A stretch of 37,741 nucleotides of DNA from Malacoraja senta (Eukaryota): NCBI GenBank assembly GCA_038087875.1, contig JAXLNO010000133.1, forward strand, positions 1 to 37,741, read 5' to 3'. Numbering within the stretch: position 1 is the first letter of the stretch; each line of letters begins with the position of its first letter. The notes under the pieces were generated by a model. It saw nothing but the letters and a program-made list of their open reading frames with translations. It did not search any database and was not told where the DNA came from. The position numbers were made by a program, and so were the translations under genes. Below are positions 1 through 11,236 of this stretch, in pieces.

Positions 1-23
1 AAACTGAAGATAGATACAAAAAG

Positions 24-160
24 ATCTCAGAGAAAACCCACGCAGGTCACGGGGAGAACGTACAAACTCCGTACAGACAAGCACCCGTGGTCGGGATCGA
101 ACCCGGGTCTCTGGTGCTGTAAGTGCTGCAAAGCAGCAACTCTACCGCTGCGCCACCGCC
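24..160 (-). mobile_element. tRNA-derived V-SINE (HE1-like), 5' part
   Basis: Minus strand GGCGGTGGCGCAGCGGTAGAGTTGCTGC...GGTTCGATCCC (A/B boxes) plus V-domain GTTCTCCCCGTGACCTGCGTGGGTTTTCTC. Confidence 0.78.
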
Positions 161-434
161 ATTATAACAACATCCAGCACCTTTTATGTGATACAAAACA
201 CAAGAGGAATCAGCATCATTGTGCGTCAAGTCAAAGAACTGTTCAACAATGAGACCAAATGGCAAAGGGATGCATTTTAGTTCAGTTCCGTTTAGTTGAT
301 TGTCACGTGTACCGAGGTATAGTGAAAAGCTTTTGTTGCGTGCTATCCAGTGAGCGAAAAGACTATGCATGATTACAATCGAGCGTTTGGAGGAGGACAG
401 AGGTGAAGGGACTCAGGCAAGCTATTCCTGATCA

Positions 435-630
435 TAGATGGACACAAAGAGCTGGAGTAACTCAGCGGGTCAGGCAGCATCTCTGGAGAGAAGGAATTGG
501 ATGACGTTTCAGGTCGACCTGAAACGTCACCTATTCCTTTTCTCCAGAGATGCTGCTTGTCCGCTAAGCTGCTCCAGCTTTTTGTGTCTATCTTTGGTTT
601 AAACCAACATCTGCAGTTCCTTCCTGCACT
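435..630. mobile_element. Fold-back (head-to-head) PLE-end repeat
   Basis: Arms mirror around GTTTCAGGTCGACCTGAAAC (506-525). Confidence 0.8.
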
Positions 631-1185
631 ATTCCCGATCATAATGCCCAGGCTGAAATATGTCTAAGTGGGGATTATATTAGTTCGGTCTAATGGGAAT
701 GAAATATTTCTCGTGGACAAGACCAACAGCAGCCAAGATTAGACCCTGTCTGATTGTCTTTACCATGGAGCTTTTATAGAATGAAACATCAGGAGACCTC
801 TCTTCAGAATGCACATGACTTTTGTGGGGTTTTGGCGACCTAGTTTAACTCTTGTTTCCCAACCTAGAGTTTTAGGTTGGGAAACCACAAATGATGATAA
901 AACATGGTAACATTTAGTGATGAAATTCACTCGGTGGCACAGAGAATTAGACGCTCCATGTCAAGACCAATTTGGTTGGCGAAATTGAGAAATTCAGTCT
1001 GAAGAAGGGTCTTATGCTGCCTGTCCCGCTGAGTTACTCCAGCTTTTTGTGTCTATCTTTGGTTTAAACCAGCATCTGCAGTTCCTTCCCACACAGTTGT
1101 ACTTTCACTACAGATGCTTGTTTTGCACTGATGTCTTATTTAGTAAAACAGTATTTTTCTTTTTTTGTTTAAATTTTGGAAAATC

Positions 1186-1347
1186 GTAGACGAAAATGCT
1201 GGAGAAACTCAGCGGGTGAGGCAGCATCTATGGAGAGAAGGAAATAGGCAACGTTTCGGGTCGTTTCGGCCCGAAACGTTGCCTATTTCCTTCGCTCCAT
1301 AGACGCTGCCTCACCCGCTGAGTTTCTCCAGCATTTTTTGTCGACCT
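1186..1347. mobile_element. Fold-back PLE-end repeat, second subfamily
   Basis: AAAATGCTGGAGAAACTCAGCGGGTGAGGCAGC ... GCTGCCTCACCCGCTGAGTTTCTCCAGCATTTT. Confidence 0.8.
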
Positions 1348-1660
1348 TTTTTATTTATTTATTTATTTATTTATTTATTTTAAAAATATTTTAATTTTAT
1401 TAGAAGTAAGTACAATTGTATACAATCATATTTTCATAATACCTTTTATGTACAGCTTCTTATTTTTTAAAAAAATTTTGTAATAAAGAAGAAAAAGAAA
1501 AAAGTTAGATAATGAAAAATAGAAAAATGTGAGATATATAGTGTGTGAAAAAGAAAAATAGAGAGTGAAAAAAGAAAGTTGAGACATAGAAAATAGAAGA
1601 AAGAAAAAGAAGAAAATAGAAGTAAGGAGATCATTTATAATCTTGACCATCCCCAGTCAC
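1348..1660 (-). mobile_element. Probable L1-like 3' UTR fragment with (TTTA)n tail
   Basis: Shares TTTTATTAGAAGTA terminus with 25844-25857; possible GACCTTTTT direct repeat at both ends. Confidence 0.5.
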
Positions 1661-1907
1661 GGACCTTTTTCTTTTTTATTGTCTTGCAGAATGCTTGGTA
1701 TAATTTGTATATAATTGATGCTTTTGGCTGTTGTCTGAGCCTATGTTCCTGTGACCCTCATGCAAGGAGGTTTGTCATTGTTCCTATCACATGTGCATGG
1801 GGCAACTGGACTTGATCCCGACAGGACAAATGGTGTCAATCCAAAAAGTCAACTGTCCATTTTCCTGCCACAGTTGCTGCCTAATCCAAAGTTCATTGAG
1901 CTGCTCT

Positions 1908-2625
1908 CTTTAGACTTTAGAGAGACAGCGTGGAAACAGGCCCTTCGGCCCACCGAGTCCGTGCCGACCAGCGATCACCCCGTGCACTTGCACTATCCTA
2001 CACAGTTTACAATTTACAGAAGCCAATTAACCGACAAACCTGGACGTCTTTGGGAGTGTGGGAGGAAACCGGAGCACCCGGAGAAAACCCACGCAGGTCA
2101 CATAGATACATAGAAACATAGACAATAGGTGCAGGAGTAGGCCATTCGGCCCTTCGAGCCTGCACCGCCATTCAATGTGATCATGGCTGATCATCCAACT
2201 CAGTATCCCGTACCTGCCTTCTCTCCATACCCCCTGATCCCTTAGCCACAAGGGCCGCATCTAACTCCCTCTTAAATATAGCCAATGAACTGGCCTCAAC
2301 TACCCTCTGTGGCAGAGAGTTCCAGAGATTCACCACTCTCTGTGTGAAAAAGTTTTTCCTCATCTCGGTTTTAAAGGATTTCCCCCTTATCCTTAAGCTG
2401 TGACCCCTTGTCCTGGACTTCCCCAACATCGGGAACAATCTTCCTGCATCTAGCCTGTCCAACCCCATAAGAATTTTGTACGTTTCTATAAGATCCCCTC
2501 TCAATCTCCTAAATTCACAGGGAGTCACGGGAGAAGGTACAAACTCCTTGCAGACAGCGCCCGTAGTCAGGATCAAACCCGGGTCTCTGGCACCGCGAGG
2601 CAGCAACTCTACCGCTGCGCCACTT
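1908..2625 (-). mobile_element. V-SINE interrupted by a CR1 insertion
   Basis: SINE 3' half about 1908-2100, head about 2516-2625. Confidence 0.78.
2101..2515 (-). mobile_element. CR1-type LINE 3' fragment
   Basis: RRLRGDLIETYKILMGLDRLDAGRLFPMLGKSRTRGHSLRIRG...FFTQRVVNLWNSLP; short-repeat tail. Confidence 0.9.
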
Positions 2626-3558
2626 CTTTTTGCTGCATCTGCAGTTTCCTGAGCCTCCTTTCTGATTTTGTTCATCTTTATACATCCAGCAAAGAGTATT
2701 CATTATTTTGGGCGAATTCTGGAGAGATTGCAATTCCACGCAATCTTAACTGTTGCGTTTAAAGTGTAACACTGTAGGGACAGGTCCACCATGGCTTTAT
2801 TGATCTGAACAGATTGTTCAAAGGCCTTTTCTACTGCAAGTAATGTTTCCATTATATTCTACCCGTACAGTACATATTGTAGCAAACAATAGAAATTCTG
2901 GACTCTACTAGACTGACGTGTCTTCAGATCCTGATGAATTATACAGTCCAGTAGAAGACCATTTGGCCCATTAGACCTATACCAGCCCTTGCAATAGTCA
3001 TGAAATCAGTTCCACTCAATTGCTGTTCCCCGATAATCTTCCATATTCTTCAAAACTAAAGGTACACAAAAATGCTGGAGAAACTCAGCGGGTGAGGCAG
3101 CATCTATGGAGCAAAGGAAATAGGCAACGTTTCAGGTCGAAACCCTTCGACAGACTTTAAAACTAAATCCTTTTTAAAAGTGACCATTTCATCTGCATCG
3201 ATGTCCCTTTCACCTATTGCATTTGGATCCTAACTTTCCAAGTAAAAATACCAATTCTTATTTTGCTTCTGGTTTTAAATGCCATTTCCATCTCTGCTGT
3301 CTGTTTCCCAACACTCATGCCAGCCAACACAATTATTTTTTATTTATTAAAACAATTTATAATTTTGAAAGTCACAAATCCCCTTCACAATGTTGAAACA
3401 AGATGTGGTTGATCTGCAAGTTTAATGAGCCCTGCCAAGTGACACTGGGCTGGGATTGTGTCCACAGTCCCAAAGAGGCTGTCAATATGTACCATCAGGG
3501 CTCAGACTTAATGAATAAGCACCCAATGTGGCACCAAATGAGCCACCAAGCCAACTAT

Positions 3559-4180
3559 GTCTGAAGAAGGGTCCCAACCCGTAACGTCATACAGCCTTTT
3601 CCTCCAGAGATGCTGCCTGACCCGCTGAGTTACTCCAGCACTCTGTGAAACGTCACCTATCCATGTTCTCCAGAGATGCTGCCTGACCCGCTGAGTTACT
3701 CCAGCACTCTGTGTCTATGTCCTATACCTTGGTGCAGGCATAAGAGTAAACTAACGTTTCACAGAGTGCTGGAGTAACTCAGCGGGTCAGGCAGCATCTG
3801 TGGAGAACATGGATAGGTGACGTTTCACAGAGTGCTGGAGTAACTCAGCGGGTCAGGCAGCATCTGTGGAGAACATGGATAGGTGACGTTTCACAGAGTG
3901 CTGGAGTAACTTAGCGGGTCAGGCAGCATCTGTGGGGGAACATGGATAGGTGACGTTTCACAGAGTGCTGGAGTAACTCAGCGGGTCAGGCAGCATCTCT
4001 GGAGAACATGGATAGATAGGTGCCGTTTCAAGTTGGGGACCCCTCGTCAAACTCAGTTCTTCCGAGATGTTGCTTGACCCGCTAAGTTACTCCAGCACTT
4101 TGTGTCTTTTTTTGTCATTGTCATTAAATTGTCATTTGTCATTTTGTCATTAAATCAGCATCTGCAGTTCCTTGTTCTTA
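3559..4180. repeat. Complex PLE-end cluster: two 66-bp units (+), four 66-bp units (-), then a (+) tail
   Basis: (+) units start at 3581 and 3647; inverted units span about 3761-4029. Confidence 0.85.
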
Positions 4181-4330
4181 CACTACGATTGATACAGAAC
4201 AGCCACACATATTTAATTCACGGGTGGGAGAAAACATTTGTCAAGACACAAAATTGGATTAAGATTGAATATTTGTGCAATGAATTAATTTGTAGCACTG
4301 GGCAGTCAGAGCAGAGATTATTCTAAAGAT

Positions 4331-4358
4331 CTGAAGAAGGGTCTCGACCCGAAACGTC
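4331..4358 (+). ncRNA. Hammerhead-like core in solo PLE-end repeat (about 4329-4428)
   Basis: CTGAAGAAGGGTCTCGACCCGAAACGTC. Confidence 0.6.
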
Positions 4359-4505
4359 ACCCATTCCTTCTCTCCAGAGATGCTGCCTGTCCCGCTGAGT
4401 TACTCCTGCTTTTTGTGTCAATCTTCAATTTCTGAAGTGCAGTGTTGACTTAGAAAGGGGGACCCATCCCACAGAAAGAGTCTTGTGACAATTTGAGTCC
4501 CCTTC

Positions 4506-4745
4506 AGGGCCTGTCCCACTTACGCGACCTTTACAGGCGACTGCCAGGAAACCCGTGATAGGTCGCCGAACATGTTGAAAATTCAGCGGGAACCAGAAGG
4601 ACGCTACGACCCTTTGGAGACCTCTCACGGCCGTGGTCATGAGAGGTCTCCTATGGTCGTGAGAGGTCTCCAAAGAGTCGTATCGTCTTTCTGGCCCCCG
4701 AGTGCCGGCAGTCGCCTGCAAGGTCGCGTAAGTGGGACAGGCCCT
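4506..4745. mobile_element. MITE / non-autonomous DNA transposon
   Basis: TIRs of about 40 bp: AGGGCCTGTCCCACTTACGCGACCTT...AAGGTCGCGTAAGTGGGACAGGCCCT. Confidence 0.85.
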
Positions 4746-4799
4746 TTGTCAAGCTTATGATTGCAATGTCTTAGGATGGTATAGAAATAAGGAAAAATC

Positions 4800-5287
4800 C
4801 TTATTCCCTGTTACACCTAGAAGATATGAGATTCCTCCTAGCGGGTAAACAAGACCAATTCCAAACGATTTGGTCTCCATATATCGACTTATTACAAACA
4901 TAGGGTGCAACAAAATGTTGAAAATAAAATGGTTTTAGGACCTGGCGAGGGTGAGTAAAGATAAGAAGTTGGTACATCCCTCTCATAATGTCCAATCTTA
5001 CTTTCTTTTTTCTTTTTTCTTTTTCCGCCTTTTGGTTTTTTTCTTTTCTTTTTTGAACTATTTCTTGTGGTTTAGGTCCATAGGGGTGTTCCTGGACCAC
5101 TCTTGCATTCACTCACTGACTATCTTTACTAACTCTTTCTATCCTTTTTTCCTATTAAAGTTTAAAATAAGAAGTGGTACAAGAACCGTATAAACTTACA
5201 TTATTGCAGATTACTGTAATGTAAAATACTTCGAATAAAAAAATAAAAAATTAAAAATTAAAATTTTTAAAAAAAATTAAAAAAAAA
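4800..5287 (+). mobile_element. 5'-truncated L1-clade LINE with A-rich tail and 17-bp TSD
   Basis: Encodes LLHLEDMRFLLAGKQDQFQTIWSPYIDLLQT*; AATAAA and A-rich tail; AGAAATAAGGAAAAATC at 4783-4799 and 5287-5303. Confidence 0.82.
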
Positions 5288-5560
5288 GAAATAAGGAAAA
5301 ATCTATTCATTTTCAAGAGTCAAGAGAGTTTTATTGTCATGTGTCCCAGAAAGGACAATGATATTCTTGCTTACCATTTGATTAATTTACCCATACCAAA
5401 GTCAATGGAAAGGCATACAATCCCAAATGCTTTCTGGGAGTCACTCAAACAACTCTGTGTGTAGGAAGGAACTGCAGATGCTGGTTTACACCGAAGATAG
5501 ACACAAAATGCTGGAGTAACTCAGCGGGACAGGCAGCATCTCTGGAGAGAAGGAATGGGT

Positions 5561-5588
5561 GACGTTTCGGGTCGAGACCCTTCTTCAG
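5561..5588 (-). ncRNA. Hammerhead-like core in solo PLE-end repeat (about 5457-5593)
   Basis: Reverse complement reads CTGAAGAAGGGTCTCGACCCGAAACGTC; sense to the Hh pre-mRNA. Confidence 0.6.
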
Positions 5589-5885
5589 ACTGACAATGAA
5601 ACCTTTTAATCGCTATCTTTAATCAGCCCGTGGTCGGTAACAACAATGGCGACACTGTTTGGCGTCCCTTTGACAATTACACGGGTAAACTGCTTCAGTG
5701 TCCGTGTGGGTGGCACAGAATGCCCACCAGCCAGCATTTTGCAAAATTACTAATATCTACCCGTTCTGTAAAATATAGAAAGCAGCAAAATATAGAAAGC
5801 AGATATTCGTGCAAAGCGACCTAGATATTTCAAAAATAATGTCTAGCCGACTAAATTCAAAACATAAAATAAGTCAGAGAATGGA

Positions 5886-7560
5886 AACTTGCCCACACCG
5901 ACCAACTTGCCCACACCGACCAACTTGCCCACACCGACCAACTTGCCCACACCGACCAACTTGCCCACACCGACCAACTTGCCCACACCGACCAACTTAC
6001 CCACACCCACCAACTTGCCCACACCGACCAACTTACCCACACCCACCAACTTGCCCACACCGACCAACTTGCCCACACCGACCAACTTGCCCACACCGAC
6101 CAACTTGCCCACACCGACCAACTTGCCCACACCGACCAACTTGCCCACACCGACCAACTTGCCCACACCGACCAACTTACCCACACCCACCAACTTGCCC
6201 ACACCGACCAACTTGCCCACACCGACCAACTTGCCCACACCGACCAACTTGCCCACACCGACCAACTGGCCCACACCGACCAACTTGCCCACACCGACCA
6301 ACTTGCCCACACCGACCAACTGGCCCACACCGACCAACTTGCCCACACCGACCAACTTGCCCACACCGACCAACTGGCCCACACCGACCAACTTGCCCAC
6401 ACCGACCAACTTGCCCACACCGACCAACTTGCCCACACCGACCAACTGGCCCACACCGACCAACTGGCCCACACCGACCAACTTGCCCACACCGACCAAC
6501 TGGCCCACACCGACCAACTTGCCCACACTGACCAATTTGCCCACACCGACCAACTTGCCCACACCGACCAATTTGCCCACACCGACCAACTTGCCCACAC
6601 CGACCAACTTGCCCACACCGACCAATTTGCCCACACCGACCAACTTGCCCACACCGACCAACTTGCCCACACTGACCAATTTGCCCACACTGACCAACTT
6701 GCCCACACCGACCAACTTGCCCACACCGACCAACTTGCCCACACTGACCAATTTGCCCACACTGACCAACTTGCCCACACTGACCAACTTGCCCACACCG
6801 ACCAACTTGCCCACACTGACCAACTTGCCCACACCCACCACTTGCCCACACTGACCAATTTGCCCACACTGACCAACTTGCCCACACCCACCAACTTGCC
6901 CCACACCGACCAACTTGCCCACACTGACCAATTTTCCCACACCGACCAACTTGCCCACACTGACCAATTTGCCCACACCAACCAACTTGCCCACACCCAC
7001 CAACTGGCCCACACCGACCAACTTGCCCACACCGACCAACTGGCCCACACCGACCAACTTGCCCACACTGACCAATTTGCCCACACCGACCAACTTGCCC
7101 ACACCGACCAATTTGCCCACACCGACCAACTTGCCCACACCGACCAACTTGCCCACACCGACCAATTTGCCCACACCGACCAACTTGCCCACACCGACCA
7201 ACTTGCCCACACTGACCAATTTGCCCACACTGACCAACTTGCCCACACCGACCAACTTGCCCACACCGACCAACTTGCCCACACTGACCAATTTGCCCAC
7301 ACTGACCAACTTGCCCACACTGACCAACTTGCCCACACCGACCAACTTGCCCACACTGACCAACTTGCCCACACCCACCAACTTGCCCACACTGACCAAT
7401 TTGCCCACACTGACCAACTTGCCCACACCCACCAACTTGCCCACACCGACCAACTTGCCCACACTGACCAATTTTCCCACACCGACCAACTTGCCACACT
7501 GACCAATTTGCCCACACCAACCAACTTGCCCACACCACCAACTTGCCCACACCGACCAAC
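5886..7560 (+). repeat. 18-bp minisatellite (ACTTGCCCACACCGACCA)n, about 93 units
   Basis: Direct reading; explains the PTPTNL / CPHRPT / VGVGKL ORFs. Confidence 0.98.
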
Positions 7561-8100
7561 ATGTCCCAGCTACACCAGTCCCACCTGCCTGCATTTGGTC
7601 CATATCCCTCCAAACCTGTCCTATCCATGTACCTGTCCAACTGTTTCTTAAACGTTGGGATAGTCCCAGCCTTAACTACCTCCTCTGGCAGCTTGTTCCA
7701 TACACCCACCACCCTTTGTGTGAAAAAGTTGCCCCTCAGATTCCTATTAAATCTTTTCCCCTTCACCTTGAACCTATGTCCTCTGGTCCTCGATTCCCCT
7801 ACTCTGGGCAAGAGACTCTGTGCATCTCCCCGATCTAATACTCTCATGATTTTTTACACCTCTATAAGATCAAACCCTCATCCTCCTGCGCTCCATGGAA
7901 TAGAGACCCAGCCTGCTCAACCTCTCCCTGTAGCTCACACCCTCTAGTCCTGGCAACATCCTTGAAAATCCTCTCTGCGCCCTTTCCAGCTTGACAACAT
8001 CTTTCCTATAACATGGCCATATCCCTCCAATCCTGTTCTATCCCTGTACTTGTATGACTGTTGATTAAACGTTGGGATAGTCCCAGCCTCAACTACCTCT
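7561..8100 (-). mobile_element. CR1-type LINE 3' fragment(s)
   Basis: Encodes LLPRVGESRTRGHRFKVKGKRFNRNLRGNFFTQRVVGVWNKLPEEVV (CR1 ORF2 C-terminus); its 3' UTR runs into the minisatellite. Confidence 0.88.
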
Positions 8101-8494
8101 GTTTCTTTAATTATTTATGAAAATACAATATTAAATATTACTTTATTGAATTACTGTAATAATTCAAAAAAAATCATGTTCCATAGCTCATATCCGAGAT
8201 GTTAGTGGGAGAATTGTGTTTTAAAGGCCAGTGGCACCACTTAGTCGAGCGTTCGTCACCCCACCCTCTCCGGGTTGCTTTGTGACCCTCACCCTCACCT
8301 TCACCCAACGCACCGCCCATCCCCGCCCCAACGCTCTAATGATCTTCTCATCACCACCGAAGCTCGAAGACTGAATGGCTGGAGGTCACCAGAAAACAAG
8401 CAAGCTGCTCACACCCCCTCTCATCACTGCGCCCCTCCCCCCCCCAACCCCACCCACAGTACACTAAATGCGTGGACCAGAGATATCCACCCAG

Positions 8495-8680
8495 AGAGAT
8501 CGATGGAGAGAGGGAGGGAGAGAGGGAGGGGGAGAGGGATGGAGGGAGAGGGAGAGAGAGGGGGAGAGGGGGAGAGGGGGAGAGGGGGAGAGGGAGGGAG
8601 GGAGAGAGGGAGAGAGGGAGAGAGGGGGAGAGGGGGAGAGGGGGAGAGGGGGAGAGGGAGGGAGTGATGGAGAGAGGGGT
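8495..8680 (+). repeat. GA-rich polypurine low-complexity tract
   Basis: Almost only G and A. Confidence 0.95.
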
Positions 8681-8929
8681 GGTGGGACGGTATGGCAGCA
8701 AGCACAGCAGTGAGACAAGGCAGAAATATAGAGGACGTGATGATCACACCAGGGGGCTTGTGGCTGCCTCATCCCGGCCCCCCGTCTCCATAGCAACGGG
8801 ATGCAGGACTGTCTGATCTCACCACTACCTTCATAACATCAGGATGGAGCCTTAAGTCACATCAACATCTTCCCGGTTAGAGGTCATTCTCCCCCCCCCC
8901 CCCCCACCCACCCACCCCCCATGATCGCT

Positions 8930-9600
8930 CTGAGAGAGGGGAGAGAGAAAGAGAGAGGGAGAGAGGAAGGCAGAGAGGGGGAGAGAGGAGAGGGGGAGAG
9001 GAGAGGGGGGAGAGGAGAGGGGGACAGGAGAGGGGGAGAGGAGGGGGGAGAGGAGAGGGGTAGAGGAGAGGGGGAGAGAAAGAGAGAGGGAGAGATGGAG
9101 GTAGAGAGGGGGGGAGAGGAGAGGGGGAGAGGAGAGGGGGGAGAGGAGGGGGAGAGGAGAGGGGGGAGAGGAGAGGGGGAGAGGAGGGGGGGAGAGGAGA
9201 GGGGGAGGAGGAGAGGGGGAGAGAAAGAGGGAGGGAGAGATGGAGGCAGAGAGGGGGGAGAGAGGAGAGGGGGGAGAGGAGAGGGGGAGAGGAGAGGGGG
9301 GAGATGAGAGGAGGAGGAGAGGAGAGGAGGAGGAGAGGAGAGGGGGGAGAGAAGAGGGGGAGAGGAGAGGGGGGGAGAGGAGAGGGGGAGAGAAAGAGAG
9401 AGGAGAGATGGAGGCAGAGAGGGGGGAGAGAGGAGAGGGGGAGAGGAGAGGGGGGAGAGGAGAGGGGGGAGAGAAGAGGGGGGAGAGGAGAGGGGGGAGA
9501 GGAGGTGGAGAGAGGAAGGGGAGAAGGAGAAGGGTGGGGAGGAGGGGGGAGGGGGGAGGGGGGAGGGGGGAGAGAGGGGCTGGGGGGGGTTGTGGAGGGG
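8930..9600 (+). repeat. GA-rich polypurine tract with degenerate GGGGGAGAGGAGA units
   Basis: Direct reading. Confidence 0.95.
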
Positions 9601-10336
9601 ATAGACACTAGAGGGATGGGGACGGATAAATATGTCTCATGTTGCAACCCTCTCCTGGAATGGTTGCACAGAGGTCAGAGGGATGGGCATGTGAGCGGCA
9701 AGAGGGATAGAGAGCGCATCTCTGCCGTTGAGTGCAAGGAAAAGAACGGGAGTAGCAACAACAACAAAAAACCCGTCTCCCTCCGAACTCAGCATGGGAA
9801 ATATTTCAGGGTGCTTATTTCACTGAAGCTGGGCTCCGGTGATCATTGTCTCTCTCTATATATATATAGCAGCCACCGGGTCAGGAGGAGCCCGCAGCGT
9901 CTCCCACGTTTCGATATTATTCTCCAGCTTCAAAGCCAAACACGAGCTGTTTGCAAATGATGCCACACACACAAAAGCAACCGTGAAGGATAAACGTGCA
10001 GAGAGACGCCTTGAATGGCGCTGGGGCGAACGCTGATGGAATGCGAGGTGTTGCACCTTGCGTTGTAAAGCAGAGGAGAGGGGAAGGAGGTGGGGGGGGG
10101 GGCGACTTGAAATCCCCTCAAATCTGCACAAAAAACAGCGGTTTCCAAACGACCCCCAAACCATCCATTCAAATGAAAGTGCCAGACAGATGCAGGCGTT
10201 CAACAAGCTGGAGAATCGTTTGTTGTTTTATTCTGAAAACAAACATCCAGCATTTAAAACAACAAAATGGGTTGGGATATTGTGAGGCGCATTCGCTCCA
10301 GTGAAATACATGCAACGCTTTAACATTATACGAGGG

Positions 10337-10612
<276 letters not shown>

Positions 10613-10933
10613 AAACAAATAAATAAATAAACAGACAAACATATGATGCTTTCGTTCTAAATGGCGCTGAATGAATAAAAAGATAAGGATGGAGCGTTCA
10701 AAATAATCTAGTCTCAAGGTGCTCTTGATTCACCCCCCCCCCACCCCCACCCCCCCCCCAAAATGTGATCATCAGTTTCATTATTTATTGCGGTTTAGGG
10801 GTCGTCTCTCTCTATAGAATATTGATATATATATATACATGCATATACATATATATTTGTGCGTGTGTCAATATACAAGGGGTTTAGTCACGCCGAGATG
10901 GTTTCATTCTTGCTGTTTACACGGCAGAATTGC

Positions 10934-10939
10934 CCTTAC
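10934..10939 (-). other. 5' splice donor of Hh intron 1
   Basis: Minus strand reads ATG ACA CAG|GTAAGG at the conserved MTQ|R junction; Hh similarity stops here. Confidence 0.92.
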
Positions 10940-11236
10940 CTGTGTCATGAGACGGTCAGCGCCGGTATCCTCCTCGTCTTTGAATATAATGTCAGGATTG
11001 TAGTTGGGAGTAAGCTCCTTGAATTTCTCAGAATTGTGGTTGATTTTGCCCTCCGATCTGCCGCTGGCCCCCAAGGTTTTCTCGGCCACATTGGGGATGA
11101 ATTGCTTGTACAGGAGAGGGGTGAGCTTTCTGGACGCTCTCCTCCTGCCGTATCCCCGGCCGGGTCCGCAGCCTTGCACCGGGACGAGGAGGCACAAGCA
11201 GCAGAGGCAGAGTAGAGCGAAGCGAGCTAATTCCAA
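10940..11236 (-). CDS. dhh: Hedgehog-family coding exon 1 (signal peptide plus start of Hh-N signalling domain); paralogue most likely Desert hedgehog
   Basis: Translation (L/M)[64 protein letters not shown]...[23 protein letters not shown] ends at a phase-0 donor, as in vertebrate Hh genes. Hedgehog identity is near certain. PLLYKQF, GRSEG (Shh/Ihh have PLAYKQF, GRYEG) and LCCL...VP in the signal peptide favour dhh (about 0.65); ihh is not excluded. Start codon unresolved. Confidence 0.93.

Noticed and set aside
5886..7560. Array of GLI or EGR/KLF sites giving Hh feedback
   Set aside because: Units do not match GACCACCCA; GC-box similarity is explained by CR1 origin.
5809..7847. Long ORFs of up to 586 aa (mucin- or Cys-rich-looking)
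   Set aside because: Stop-free readings of an 18-bp CR1-derived minisatellite in nearly all frames.
8275..9960. Gly/Arg/Glu-rich or Pro/Ser/Leu-rich ORFs
   Set aside because: Translations of GA low-complexity tracts.
10904..10939. C-terminal [11 protein letters not shown] of the Hh ORF
   Set aside because: Read-through into intron 1 past the GTAAGG donor.
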